A stretch of 64,000 nt of DNA, from NCBI RefSeq assembly GCF_006345805.1, contig NC_043021.1:11160001-11224000 (forward strand). Reading direction: 5' to 3'. A program made the position numbers and the translations under genes. This DNA is from Octopus sinensis (taxonomy: Eukaryota). A model generated the notes under the pieces. That model did not search any database, was not told the origin of the DNA, and saw only the letters and a list, made by a program, of their open reading frames with translations. Shown here piece after piece: positions 44,771-59,621 of this stretch; position 1 is the stretch's first letter, and each line of letters opens with the position of its first letter.

Positions 44771-47215
44771 TTCGGCTCGCAATCTTAAGGTCATGAGTTC
44801 AATTCCCGGCGGCGCGTTGTGCCCGTGAGCGAGACCCTTTTTTTCTTCACCTTGTTTCAGTCTACTCGTCTGACACCAATGAGTAGTACATATATTTCAA
44901 GGGGACCAACCTTGTTACATTCTCTGTCACACTGCGTCTGAAAGCTACATTAAAGGTCCACATGTCTGTGGAGTACTCGGCCATTTGCACGTTATATTTC
45001 CCCGAGCAGGCTGTTCCGTTGATCGCATCAACTGGAACCCTCGTCGTCGTAACCGACGGAGTACCAGCTATCAGCTAAGTGACGAATGTTGGTTTCAAAT
45101 TTTGCCCCTAGGACAGCAATATTGGGAGAAGGGATGAGTCGATTACATCGACCCCAGTGTTCAACTGGTACTTATTTTATTGATCCCGAAAAGCAGAAAT
45201 CAACCTTGGCGGAATTTAAACTCAGACGAAATGCCGCTAAGTATTTTGGTTAGCATGCAAACGATTCTGTCTGCTCGACACCATAATAATAATAATAATA
45301 ATAATAATAATTTCAAATTTTAGCAAAAAGCCAGTAATTTGAGGAGAGGGGGTAAGTCATTTAAATTAACTCCAGTGTTCGACTGGTACTTAATTTATCG
45401 ACCCCGAAAGGATGAAAGGCAAAGTCGACCTCGGCGGAATTTGAACTGTAGTGATGTAGCGATGGGCGAAATGCCTATTTTTTTTACTACCCACAAGGGG
45501 CTAAACACAGAGAGGACAAACAAACGGATGAAGTCGATTACATCGACCCCAGTGCGTAACTTGGTACTTATTTAATCGACCCCGAAAGGATGAAAGGCAA
45601 AGTCGACCTCGGCGGAATTTGAACTTAAAACGTAGCGGCAGACGAAATACCTATTTCTTTACTACCCACAAGGGGCTAAACACAGAGAGGACAAACAAGG
45701 ACAGACAAACGGATTAAGTCGATTATATCGACCCCAGTGCGTAACTTGGTACTTATTTAATCGACCCCGAAAGGATGAAAGGCAAAGTCGACCTCAGCGG
45801 AATTTGAACTCAGGACATAACGGCAGATGAAATATCGCTAGGGATTTCGCCCGGCGTGCTAACGTTTCTGCCTGCTCACCGCCTTGTTAAAAAAACAACC
45901 CAAAATTAAAAATAAAATAGAATAAATGAAATGAAAATAGAATCGCTCATTATACAATTGTTTACCAAAACCTTCACACACCTTAAACACGTCTATTTAG
46001 CTGGGTTGAGACAACTACCACAGCTGACTTTAAGGAATAATTAGAAATGGTTATATCCTGCCTGTCGGATACACTTGTCTTGGTTTAAAAGCCCCTCCTC
46101 TTCCGCATCCTCTTTGTCTTCCCTTCCTTCTTAGCCCATCACTTCTGAATCAGAAAAGTTTGCAGAATCTTGTGATTTAGTCTCTTTCCTCTTTTGAACG
46201 TGCGCATGCGCACACACAAACACGCATGTATAGACACACACATGTGCATGCAGGGATACATACACACACATGCATACACATGTATATATACATATATAAT
46301 ACACCAAAACTCATACATACCGACATAGACACACACACGTATAGACACATACATACATATATACGCATGCATATATACATATATATAATACACACAAACA
46401 CACACTTATCGTCATGCACACATATATACATTCATACATATGTACATATTAGTATATATGCGTATATAATATACGCACACACGTATCGTCACACACATAC
46501 GTTCATACATATATACGCATTCATACACACACACACACATAATCGCAAAAACACGTATAAGACACACATATAGACATACGCACACATAGACACACACACA
46601 CACGTATCATCATACACACACATGCATTCATACATATATACGCATTCATACACACACACAAACACATAACCCGCAAATACATGTATAGACACACGTATAT
46701 AGACATATACGCACACATAGACACACATACACGCAAACATAGACACACATATACACACACACACACATTGCATAAGTGTGTTTTTAATTAATTTTTACCC
46801 TCTTTCTCTTTTACTCTTTTACTTGTTTCAGTCATTTGACTGCGGCCATGCTGGAGCACCGCTTTTAGTCGAGCAAATCGACCCCAGGACTTATTCTTTG
46901 TAAGCCTACTACTTATTCTATCGGTCTCTATTGCCGAACCGCTACGTTACGGGGATGTAAACACACCACCATCGGTTGTCAAGTGATGTTGGGGGGGGGA
47001 CAAACACAGACACACACACATATATATATGGCGGGCTTCTTTCAGTTTCCGTCTACCAAATCCACTCACAAGGCTTTGGTCGGCCTAAGGCTGTAATAGA
47101 AGACACTTGTTCAAGGTGCCATGCAGTGGGAATGAACCCGGAACCACACAGCCACTCCTGCACCTATTTTCCCCAAAAAATTATAATTGCTGTTGTTGTT
47201 AACGTCTTCAGATAC

Positions 47216-47510
47216 CCGACTGTTTACGCTCTCCATTTTAATTACATTCAATAATCCGTTCACTTGACCTTTAATCCGGATCTGAAACAAAAACAAAAAG
47301 AAAATGAAAAAAAAAATATTAAAAAACACCATACAAAAAAACCACAAAACAAACAAACAAGAAAAAAAAACAGCGACGAATTAATAAAAATAAAACTTCA
47401 ACAACTTCACCTGTTGACCTTAAAACATGGCGTCATCCGACGAAGTTGTAGGTGTTTAAGACACTCCTCACCAGATGTCGCCAACTGTTGGCTTTTAACA
47501 CGGCGTCATT
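47216..47510 (-). promoter_or_regulatory. Candidate promoter and first two exons of an unidentified - strand transcript
   Basis: YY1-like CGCCATGTT (47432-47424), two TGACG half-sites, donor CAG|GTGAAG at 47411/47410, T-rich 129-nt intron, acceptor tttcag at 47282, exon 47281-47216 containing aaaATGG (MESVNSR). Confidence 0.4.
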
Positions 47511-47961
47511 CATTTTAAAACTCTCAGAAGCTCAAAGTTCGAAAGACACTCCACACAAGATGACCAACCAAAAGCGGCAACGATACAGCCTGTATATATG
47601 GACCAAGCATGACTTGCTAGATATAGCAGCCAAAATTTCCCTTAAGTAAAAATCTACCGTCTTAGAAAGAGAAATGTTGGATAATGTAGTTCTTTCCGAT
47701 ACATCGATAGCAGACACGAGATACCATTATGGGTCTTTTATCTTTTACTAGTTTCAATTATTATTAGCCTGCGGCCATGCTGGAGTGCCACCATGAATTT
47801 TAGAATTTTTCTTTTTAATGTCTGGTACTCATTTTGTCGGTCTTCTTTGCCGAACCGCTAGTTCAGGATCGATAAATTAAGTACCAGTCGTTTACTGGGA
47901 TCGATCTAATCAATTGGTCCCTTCCCCCAAAATTACAGGCCTTGTGCCTATAGTAGAAAAG

Positions 47962-47993
<32 letters not shown>

Positions 47994-48355
47994 GTTTTTT
48001 CCTTTTTTCTTCAAATTTTCTTCCGTTTCTCGCCGAGTATTTTCTATACACCTAGGGCAGAGAAGGGCATTGTATGCATTCCCAGATTACATGCGCAAAT
48101 TCACAGATAAAATATGTATTTAAAAATTACTAAATAAATAAATTCATGGATGGATGTTATTTTCACAGCGACAGTGCCCTTCTCAGTACATGGGCCGTTC
48201 CAGTTAATACGATTTTTTGCACTTCCTGTAGGGATGGTAAGCCTGGAATCATTTTCAAATAAGTTTCAGTACCTTCTTTTTATCATTCCTAGAGATCCTA
48301 CAATCACTAGTACTGTAGTCGCCTTGAGATGCCACATTTTTTCAATTTCTATTAG

Positions 48356-48397
<42 letters not shown>

Positions 48398-48804
48398 GGC
48401 AGCAAAGTGACAATCATTTGTATACCGGACAAAATGCCCAGTGGCATTTCGTCCGTCTTCTCTCTGAAGGTGCGTAGTTTAGTGGTAAAGTTATTTGGCT
48501 CACAGTCGTAAGGTCATGAGGTTGAATCCCGGCGGCGCGTCGAGTCCTTGAGCAAGACACTTTATTCCACGTTGCTCCATTCCGCTCAGCTCGCAAAAAC
48601 CAGTCGTACTTGTATTTCAAAGGGGCCAGCCTTGTCACATCCTGTGTCACGCTGGATCTCCCTCGGAACTACGTTTAGGGGTCCACGTGTCTGTGGAGTG
48701 CTCAGCCACTTGCACGTTAATTTCACTAGCAGGCTGTTCCGTTGATCGGATCAACTGGAACCCTACATTATTTACTCATTAGTGCCCTTACTATAATTAT
48801 ATTT

Positions 48805-49185
48805 GGAGACGCAATGGCCGAGTGGTTAGGGCAGCGGACTCGCGGTCGTAGGATCGCGGTTTCGATTCCCCGACCGGGCGTTGTGAGTGTTTATTGAGCG
48901 AAAATACCTAAAAGCTCCACGAGGCTCCGGCAGGGATGGTGGTGATCCCTGCTGTACTCTTACACCACAACTTTCTCTCACTCTTACTTCCTGTTTCTGT
49001 TGTACCTGTATTTCTAAGGGCCGGCCTTGTCACTCTCTGTGTCACGCTGAATATCCCTGAGAACTACGTTAAGGGTACACGTGTCTGTGGAATGTTCAGC
49101 CACTTACACGTTAATTTCACGAGCAGGCTGTTCCGTTGATCGGATCAACCGGAACCCTCGTCGTCGTAACCGACGGAGTGCTTCC
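48805..49185 (+). mobile_element. Third tRNA-derived SINE family (tRNA-Arg-like head, octopus OR-like)
   Basis: Head ggagacgcaatggccgagtggttagggcagcggactcgcggtcgtaggatcgcggtttcgattcc followed by a non-tRNA body; copies at about 23464-23766 and 51158-51430. Confidence 0.75.
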
Positions 49186-49549
49186 ATAATTATATTTATA
49201 TAATTACATATTTTGCTTCAATTTTTTTACTTATACGGTTTATTACATACTGGCAAAATTTAATCACGCTCCTACCGCTACTTCATCAACACCCATCCAA
49301 ATATCCCATCCGTCCATCCATCCATCCATCCATCCATCCATCCTCCTTAGACATCCAATTAAAACAACACACCACCGCCATTTACACAAGTAGATCTCCT
49401 GAGAGGTGGGAGGAGGAGAAGAAAGCGAGAGGTGCGGGCGCAGTCTTTGTCTTTTGACTTATTTCTTTATTGTTCTTGGTTTTTCTCAAATTTGTTATTT
49501 GTTTTGTTTAGTTTAGTTGTTCGTGTTTTTGGTTTTTGTTTAATTAGTT

Positions 49550-49584
<35 letters not shown>

Positions 49585-49699
49585 TTCCTCGTTTCTTCTT
49601 CCTTTCTGTGCGTGCGTGCGTGTGAGCGTTTGTGCGTTTGTGCGTGTGTGTGATTTTGTATGGTTTTGTATGCCACTTGTTTCTGTGTGTATATTGTGT

Positions 49700-50566
49700 G
49701 TATGCGTGTGTGTGCGTGTGTATGTATGTATGCATGTATGTATATATGTATGTGTGTGTATGTATGTATGTATGTATGTATGTATGTACGTACGTACGTA
49801 TGTATGTATGTATGTATGTATGTATGTATGTATGTATGTATGTATGCATGTATGTATATTGTATGTGTGTGTATGTATGTATGTATGTATGCATGCATGC
49901 ATGCATGTATGTATGTATGTATGTATGTATGTATGTATGTATGTACGTACGTACGTACGTACGTATGTATGTATGTATGTATGTATGTATGTATGTATGT
50001 ATGTACGTACGTACGTACGTACGTACGTATGTATGTATGTATGTATGTATGTATGCATGCATGCATGCATGTATGTACGTACGTACGTACGTACGTATGT
50101 ATGCATGCATGCATGCATGTATGTATGTATGTATGTATGTATGTATGTATGTATGTATGTAGTATGCATGTATGTATATATGTATGTATGTGTGTGTGTA
50201 TGTGTGTGTATGTATGCGTGTGCATGCATGCATGCATGTATGCATGCATGCATGCATGCATGCATACATGCATGTATGCATGCATGCATGCATGCATGCA
50301 TACATGCATGTATGCATGCATGTATGTTTATATATATGTATGTATGTGTGTGTATGCGTGTGTGCGTGCGTGTGTATGCATGTATGTATGTACGCATGCA
50401 TGTATGTATATATGCATGTATATGTGTATGTGTGTGTATGCGAGTGTGTGCGTGTATTTATGTATGTATGTATGTATATTTGTATGAATGTATGTATGTG
50501 TGTGTATGCGTGTGTATGTATGTATGTACGCATACATGCAAGCATTCATGTATGTATTTATGTATG

Positions 50567-50598
<32 letters not shown>

Positions 50599-50676
50599 TG
50601 TATGCATGTACGTACGTATGTATGTATGTATGTATGTATGTATGTATGCATGCATGCATGCATGTATGTATGTATG

Positions 50677-50707
<31 letters not shown>

Positions 50708-50760
50708 GTGTGTGTTTGTGTGTGTATGTATGTATGTATGTATGTGTGTGTGTGTGCCTA
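49700..50760. repeat. Compound (TATG)/(TACG)/(CATG) microsatellite
   Basis: Direct reading. Similar (TACA)n arrays at 55745-56305 and 63470-63790; (TCTA)/(CCAT) at 19750-20160; (AG)/(AGAT) at 52285-52700. Confidence 0.95.
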
Positions 50761-51799
50761 TGTTTGTGTGTCTGTGTTTGTCCCCCAACATCGCTTGACT
50801 ACCGATGCTGGTGTGTTTACGTCCCCGTAACTTAGCGGTTCGGCAAAAGAGACCGATAGAATAAGTACTAGGCTTACAAAGAATAAGTCCTGGGGTCGAT
50901 TTGCTCCGACTAAAAAGACGGTGCTCCAGCATGGCCACAGTCAAATGACTGAAACAAGTAAAAGAGTAAAGAGTATATCTACTGGTCTTGAACATCCTTT
51001 TGTGTCACTGAAATGTTGACGTTCGCCTTTTCCTTCTGCTCTTTAAGCTTCACCTCATGGTGGTGCCAACTACACAATGAAGCTAATATCAGCTCATTTC
51101 TTTGGACTAGCAACAAGAACGTCTGAAGATAATCCAGGAGTTATGCCGCTTCTCAGTGGAGGCACATGGCCTAGTGGTTAGAGCAGCGGACTCGCGGTCG
51201 AGAGATCGCCGGTTCGAATTTCAGACCGGGCGATGTGTGTGTTTATGAGCGAAACACCTAAGCTCCACGCGGCTCCGGCAGAAGGTAATGGCGAACTCTT
51301 TCTGCTGACTCTTTCGCCACAACTTTCTCTCACTCTTTCTTCCTGCATCTTGCAGCTCACCTGTGACCGACCGGCGTCCTGTCTAGGTGGGGAACCTATA
51401 CGCCAAAAAACCGGGAAACTGGCCCTTATGCTTCTCAGAACCCATGTTACATAATACTCCTGTTTTTTGGTTCAACATCTGTTGCTCGTTTTCAGTATTA
51501 ACGTATTGATATGGTGAGCTCACTGCCTCTTCATACAATCGTACGTTCCTATAGACCTGGGCTGATCAACTTCCCTAGCAATATCTTCTGAAGACATGAA
51601 TATCCCGTTCAGTTGCTCGGGGCCCCCAAATGGGTCTAGGGGGTTCAATATTAAGATATGTATGTAAATTATACACACTAGTGCATCACTTTTCTCGGGA
51701 GCCTATGAAGCTGTTAAACGGGTTCTGCCATCTGGTGGCTGAAACCATGCTTTAGCTAGATACTTCGCAATATACTTCGATTGCTAATACTTTTGTGTC

Positions 51800-52080
51800 G
51801 TATTGGATTCTGCTGTTTAGCACAGTCGTTAAAAACCCCGAGAGACGACATAGGACATCAGTTCGAATCAAACCGCTTTACCGAAAAAAACAAACCCCCG
51901 AACTGCGCAAGTCTCAAGCCAACCCTTCGCCTTCAGTCCCTGCTGACCATCAGGGCCCAACCTGCGGCAGATCCTCACGAGCACGTATTGGACTGAATGG
52001 CTACAACTGGACACGTCGTGCCTCGTCTTTTTTTCCCCATGTGATGTACTTAATCATCGTGGACAACGATGGACGAAATA
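51800..52080 (+). mobile_element. RTE-clade LINE 3' fragment
   Basis: PTCGRSSRARIGLNG resembles the degenerate C-terminal zinc knuckle (CPxCGRxxxARIGLxSH) of RTE ORFs. Confidence 0.6.
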
Positions 52081-52452
52081 ATGATACATCTAACATCTGT
52101 GTACGAATTCATAAGTATGCACACATGCGAGCGCGCATGTGTGCATGTGGTGTGTGTGCGTGCGTGTGTGTGTACGTGTGTGAGTGCTTGCGTGTGTGTG
52201 TACGTGTGCACGCTCGCGCATGTGTTATTTTATTAAATCTGTGATTTAATGAGGGAGAGAGTTAGGCGTCAAATGAGATAAAAAAGAGACAGAGAGAGAG
52301 AAAGATAGATAGATAGAGAGAGAGAGAAAAGAAGAGAGCGAGAAAGAGAAAGACAGACAGATAGATAGATAGTTAGATAGATAGATAGAGAGAGAGAGAG
52401 AGAAGAAGAAGAGAGAGAGAGAGAGAGAAAGACAGACAGATAGATAGATAGT

Positions 52453-52494
<42 letters not shown>

Positions 52495-52522
52495 AGAAGA
52501 AGAGAGAGTGAGAAAGACAGAC

Positions 52523-52579
<57 letters not shown>

Positions 52580-53287
52580 AGAAGAAGAGAGAGAGAGAGA
52601 AAGACAGACAGATAGATAGATAGATAGATAAATAAATAGAGATAGAGAGAGAAAAGGCAGATAGAGAGAGAGAAAGAGACAGGCTGAGAGAGAGAAAGAA
52701 AGAGAGGAGAGAAACCAAAGTACAGACAAAAACAGGGGCAATGAGATTCCATTTCAAATAAGAATGGAAATAGTTATGCGTGTCCCCAAATCTACCCAGA
52801 ACACCGTTCACCCTTACACAGACATACAGACAAGCGCATAGACGAATATAGCTTCACACATTCTCTCACCCCCTCTCTCTCTGTCTCTCTCTCACACACA
52901 CACACAAAGAAAAACTCACATACACATACAAATAAACATACATAATACATACATGCATACATACATAAACATACATACATGCATACATACATAAACATAC
53001 ATACATGCATACATACATAAACATACACTTATACGCTCTCACATTTTCATATATACAAAGAAACACAAAATCACTGCCAGATTTACACACACACACATAC
53101 ATACACACACACAGACACACACACAGACACACACAGACACACACATGCATGCACTATGGAATACACGTTAATGGCACTATTACACATACACACACACAGA
53201 CATACCTACACACAGACACACACATGCACTAATGCAGTCACATTAAAACAGACACTAATATACATACATACATACATACATACACAC

Positions 53288-53335
<48 letters not shown>

Positions 53336-53844
53336 GCACACACACACAGACATACCTATAGACACACATACAGACATACCTAAACACACACACACACGCT
53401 CTCAGATACGCTTGCATTATACATCCTCAATCATTTTTGATTCACAGAGATGAACCAAGCTTGTTGTGTGGGAACGAAACCCCCCATCCCGCCTAAAACA
53501 AACCTTTTTTTCCTTTTCTTCTTCAGTGTCGTCTGATTGTCATCGCTTGACACAGGATGTCCGGACGTTCCTCTCTGCTTTTTCTTTTTTTTTTTTTTTT
53601 TTACTTTTTTATGTTTATTTTATTTTATTTTATTGTATCTTATTTCGGTTTTTTTTACCACTATTTTTTTTCCGTATAGTCATCTCTGTCTATCTTATAT
53701 CGAAAAGCGTAAAGCTTACCCCTACACCCTTCTTACACAATCTGTAAATCCGCACCCTCAATGGAAAAAAAAGAAAGATTTCATTTCTCTCCCTTGCGGT
53801 CTTTTTCATACGTACGCTTACACACACACACACACGTATATGTG

Positions 53845-53891
<47 letters not shown>

Positions 53892-53934
53892 ACATTCATA
53901 CTCACGTATATATATATCTATACATTCATACACA

Positions 53935-53984
<50 letters not shown>

Positions 53985-54017
53985 TACACATATATATGTA
54001 TATGCTTTTCTCTCTCT

Positions 54018-54087
<70 letters not shown>

Positions 54088-54396
54088 GCATACATATACA
54101 TATATGCATGTATGTATACACACACGCACGTACATATATGCATTATCTTTCTATCTATACACACACACACACACACATAATCTGCGTTCCGTTCCATTAA
54201 TGCTATTGTTATTTAATTTGCCCCTTTGCCATTCCTGTATCATTTATCGTGAATGTGTGTGTGTGTGTCTGTGCGTGTGTGTGCGTGCGTTGTAAATACG
54301 TATCCTCTTTCGCCTCTACTCCAACTCTCTACCCCCATCTCTCTCTTTCTTTCTCTCTCTACCTATATGCATGCATGTATATCTCCCTCTCTCTCG

Positions 54397-54436
<40 letters not shown>

Positions 54437-54703
54437 GAAAAGACAGAGAGAGAGAGAAGGAGAGAGAGAGAGAATGTGTCAGGATCAACGGTTCCACATG
54501 TTGCTATATATATATTAGGGTGTAAAATGAGGGGAATTTGTCTGTTATTTCTCACAAGCTACGTGACCACGATGAGGCTTCGTTGTCGGCTCAGACAGAA
54601 ATACTTTTGCTGTTCTTGTTTCGTTCCAAGTCAGCTCTGACGAAGGAGTTTTACGCTCAAAAAGAATTCCACAAATAACCATCGCTTCTTTATTACATGA
54701 TTA

Positions 54704-55148
54704 GGATCTTTTCGGTTTGAACGGCAGTTTTTCTAGCGGTGTCATATGAAATTGTCACCCATAATTATGACCATAGTATCGATCTATTGCATTTCAATCT
54801 GTTTTAGGGCTAGGGTTAGTTAGGGTTAGTTAAGATTAGTTAGGGTTAGGGGTGGGGGGGGAGTATCTTTTTTTCTTCACAAATGTAAATAAACCCAATC
54901 TGTTTCTTAAACGAGGGACATATTCATACGGCACAGAATGTTTTCACCTCAATAGACTCAGTGATTGGTTGAAATTGCAGAAAGTGAAGAAAAAAACCCA
55001 ACAAATATCTTACAAACTATAGAATTTTCTCAATAAAGCCAAGAGAAAAAGATGTTTTATAAACACATTCTACCAGTATACGAAGTTTAAAAGTGTTTAG
55101 TTACGTGGAAATTACTTTAAAAAACTGCCGGTCAAACCGAAAAGATCC
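54704..55148. mobile_element. MITE (same family), copy 2, with 8-bp TSD
   Basis: TIRs present; perfect catgatta duplication at 54696-54703 and 55149-55156; internal TTAGGG-like units. Confidence 0.88.
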
Positions 55149-56009
55149 CATGATTATGTCATTCAGTGTGTCTTTCGTTTTTCATGACATCAAAATGTGA
55201 TTTCTTTCACACAGGACATGGTACTGCATCATTTTGTGCCATGAAAATGATGATGTTCATACAGACCTTCTCAATGTGTGGAACTGTCAATGTCAATGAA
55301 AGTGAATATACTAAAACCAGTACATGTGTTTGATATTATACTTGTTTCACACACACACACATATATGCATATATACGACGGGCTTCTTTCAGTTTCCGTC
55401 TACCAAATCCACTCACAAGGCTTTGGTCGGCCCGAGGCTATAGTAGAAGACACTTGCCCAAGGTGCCACGCAGTGGGACTGAACCAGGAACTATGTGGTT
55501 GGTAAGTCATCGACTTAAAGTGCTGAAACCATTTGGTGCATGTGAAACTTTGGGATTACTAATAGAGTAACTTTAATAACCAGTATTAAAAGAAAAAACA
55601 ACAACAACAACAACATATATGAATGAATACTATCGTAGACATGTATTTGTTAATATTTATACAAAAATTTTGTAACAAAATGTGAATGTAATAATAACAA
55701 AATCACGTGTAAATGTTATTTTATGTTTTGTGGCTCGCAAATATAATACATACATACATACATACATACATACATACATACATACATACATACATACATA
55801 CATACGTACATACATACATACATACATGCATACATACATACATACATGCATACATACATATTTACATACATACGTACATACATACATACATACATACATA
55901 CATACGTACATACATACATACATACATACGTACATACATACATACATACATACATACATACATACATACATACATACATACATACGTACGTACATACATA
56001 CATACTTAC

Positions 56010-56040
<31 letters not shown>

Positions 56041-56275
56041 CCTACATACATATACATACATACATACATACATACATACATACATACATACATACGTACG
56101 TACATACATACATACATACATACATACGTACATACATACATACATACATACATATATACATACATACATACTTACATACATACATACATACATACATACA
56201 AACATACATACATACAAAATACATAACTACATACATACGTACATACATACATACATACATACATACATACATACA

Positions 56276-56306
<31 letters not shown>

Positions 56307-56487
56307 TCTGTTGTGGAAATCAGCTGCCTTCTGGACACCAATGTGATTAGAAAAATACAAGAGAAAGAGGACATCTATGGATCATTGATAAGGAGTCTGC
56401 AAATCTGGTCCTCAATTTACACTTTTAGATTCATACTTAATATCATGGGAGCAACACGTTACGTACCAACCCGTCTGGAGTAAAGAA

Positions 56488-57002
56488 CCGTAAATCCTCG
56501 AGTATAGTCCGCCCTTGAGTATAATACGCAGATGATTTTTAGGGGGTTGTACCTCTGAATAACCTAAACTTTGTGTATAATACGCACCCCTTCTCTAACT
56601 TGAGTCGTGTGTAATTAAGCCAGCAGCACCTAGTCGAATAAACGCTTCCGCGCATGCGTAATACAATAATGGTGATGTTCTTAACTGTTATATGGGAATG
56701 TAAATATGTTTGCAAATTGCTTTTGTTACATGTTATTCTGTGTTCTGAATACTTTTATTTTAATAAATGTTGCTTACTGCAAGTTATGGATGATTCTTTT
56801 ATGACTTCATTGCTTTCAGGTTTAGCTTAAGGTATTTTCGCGCCCAACATCACAAAATGCGTCTGAATAAACATTGCCGGACAGCAAATAGAGACTCGGA
56901 CATTGCTTAGAAAATAATTTTCATTCTTAACCTAGTACGCACTAGGGATTTTGACCTTTAAATTTTGGGGAAAAAATGCGGATTATACTCGAGGATTTAC
57001 GG
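56488..57002. mobile_element. TA-type MITE, copy 2
   Basis: ccgtaaatcctcgagtata / tatactcgaggatttacgg; internal sequence shared with 41397-41899. Confidence 0.82.
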
Positions 57003-57258
57003 TATAGCCGAAGTTGAGCCCACGCGAAGAGAACGCAAATCCTTAATACGATATCTGGGCCTATAATTATACCTACAAGACCTTAAGATTTAAAGGATGG
57101 TGGTTAAAAGGAGATACTTTTCTTCACAACCTTGCTACCAAGGAGATGGGCGGTCAAAATTTACTCTAAAGAGAAAAAATGGGGAAGAGAACATACATAC
57201 ATATATAATATACATACATATATACATACATACATGCATACATGCATACATACATACA

Positions 57259-57291
<33 letters not shown>

Positions 57292-59621
57292 GTATTATGT
57301 ATGTATGTATGTATGTATGTGTATATATATATATGTATATGTGCATATATGTATAATATATATATACATACATCTGTATATATAAAAGGCAGGATGTGTG
57401 CGTGCGTGTGTGTGTACGTGAATGTAATTTATGCACGTCCACAAATTAGCACGCATGTCGCCCCAATTTTAGGAGGACATTCGTCATGATCCTAGCTGTA
57501 TTTTTGTAAACTTATTTTTCCCCAGAGGCACCAGCGAATAGCAGTAAAAATAAATTTTCTACCGAAACTTTTAACAAATTTCAACATCCAACCATCTATC
57601 CACCCCTCCATCCGTCCGTCCGTTCGCCTGTCCGTCCATCCAACTATACAAGTAGGGTCATTCAAACATCTGGATGGTGCATGCCTCTGTAATTATTTAT
57701 TTACTAAGGCAGCGAACTGGCAGAATCGTTAGCACGCTGGACGAAATACTTAACGCTATTTCACTCGTCGCTACGTTTTGAGTTGAAATTCCGCAGAGGT
57801 CGACTTCGCCTTTCATCCTTTCGGGGTCGATAAATTAAATACCAGTGAACCACTGGGGTCGATGTAATCGCCTTAATACCCCTCCCCACAAAATCCAGGC
57901 CTTGTGCTTTTAGTAGAAAAGAATTATTATTTATTTACTGTCTTCTTCACCCAAACACATTATCATCTCTCGGTGAAATACATTATCAATTTTCATTTAA
58001 AATGATTATCTCCTGTCAATGAAACACTTATCACTAAAATACATAATCACACACTATCGTACCTCATTTAAATAGCACATTATGATCCACATTAAACACA
58101 TTATCGCTTGTCGAAAACATTAACTTTCGATTAAAAATTACATTATCACTGCTCAATCAAACATACAATCAAGTTTTGGGTAAAAATATCACATCTCAGC
58201 CAACATTATTACATCTTAGTCAATACATTAACATAATTTAGTTAAATACATTATAATCTTCCATATAAATACATTATCACATGTCAGTCAAACACATTGA
58301 CAGTTTTCAGTCAAATACATTATCAATTTTAATGTGAAACAAATTCAGCTTTCAGTGGCAGCTCTGTACAGTACACGAACCCGCATCTGCCGTCTTCATT
58401 TGTGCGTTAAACAGTCAGTCCATTGGAATTGGGTTAGATGCTGAGTACGTTATTATTTCTTTTTATATTCAGTGAGTACTTCTAAATAAAACAGTAGGTA
58501 TATTTGTACTCTTCAACCGATATTCTTGTTTTACGTAATGAATTAGGTATTTTTGGTATCTTTCGGTAGAAGCCTATGACGTCATGAATGAGTGTGACAT
58601 TGTCTTTCATATGCTCGATCAGTCAAATACACACTCGAACATACACTCACTCACGACTGACATCATATACCAATAACGAAACATTACAGGTTTTTTTTTC
58701 TTTAAATAAACAAATTTTGTTTTTCTTGTAATTCGTTTTTATCCAAAGAAATTTCTCTATTAATAGTTATAATTTAAATATTTCTTGGCAATTTTGTATT
58801 CGTAATTTAAACTCTTCATTTTTCTAACATATACAAAGGTTTGGACGCATAACTTTTTACAGTGTTTTGTCAATTTAATTTACAGCGTTTTTGTCAATCC
58901 TAATTCAATTTCTTTCTTTACAACATTTATGGAGTCTCCCTTTATTTCACTTCAAGATCTCCTGAAACAAACAACGATTCTCTTAGATACTTAGATACGC
59001 GGTTGTTTTCAAAGTTTACACAAGGAGACAAGTCATTAATTTCCCTATCCAAATAATGACCATCAAACTGTAATATCTTCAACATAAAAATATACAAAGA
59101 TTTCTCATTGGGTTCCTCTTTTTTTTAGACTCGTTGATTCGATTAGTTTTTCGACCCATGCAGAGTACGATAGAGTACGTTTTATCGACTTTTGTTTATT
59201 TTCGCCGTTATTCACTCTTTTATCCATAACAACATCAAACAGAACGCGTCATACTAGAGTACAAATTTCTGTACTCCTTCACATACTCTCAATGAGTTCT
59301 CAATAAAGTTCGGAACGTGTCATACTTCTTTATTTATCTGTGCTCATTTAACCGAACAGATTTTACTCAGTAATATATCTAGTACTCTCCACCGAACATT
59401 AGATATATTTTCGTTTCTCACATAAGAGATACTAACGCTGTATTTCCATACAACGTGAGTGATCCGACGATTTGTTTTAATTTTATATTTGGTTCTTCTT
59501 TACTTTTTGAAGGGGAAGTTTTTTGGTGTAGGTAGTGAGGGGTGTTGAGAGTGGCCAAGTTATTTATTTATCCATTTTATTATTAATATTATTATTATTT
59601 AAAAAAAAAATTTTAATCATT

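Noticed and set aside
46050-46190. Purine-rich - strand segment as a possible exon (RKETKSQDSANFSDSE or SDGLRRKGRQRGCGRGGAFKPRQVYPTG)
   Set aside because: Weak splice sites, stops in every frame, no recognisable family
49467-50995. Multiple 200-360 aa ORFs (YVCM / HTYI repeats)
   Set aside because: Translations of tetranucleotide microsatellites
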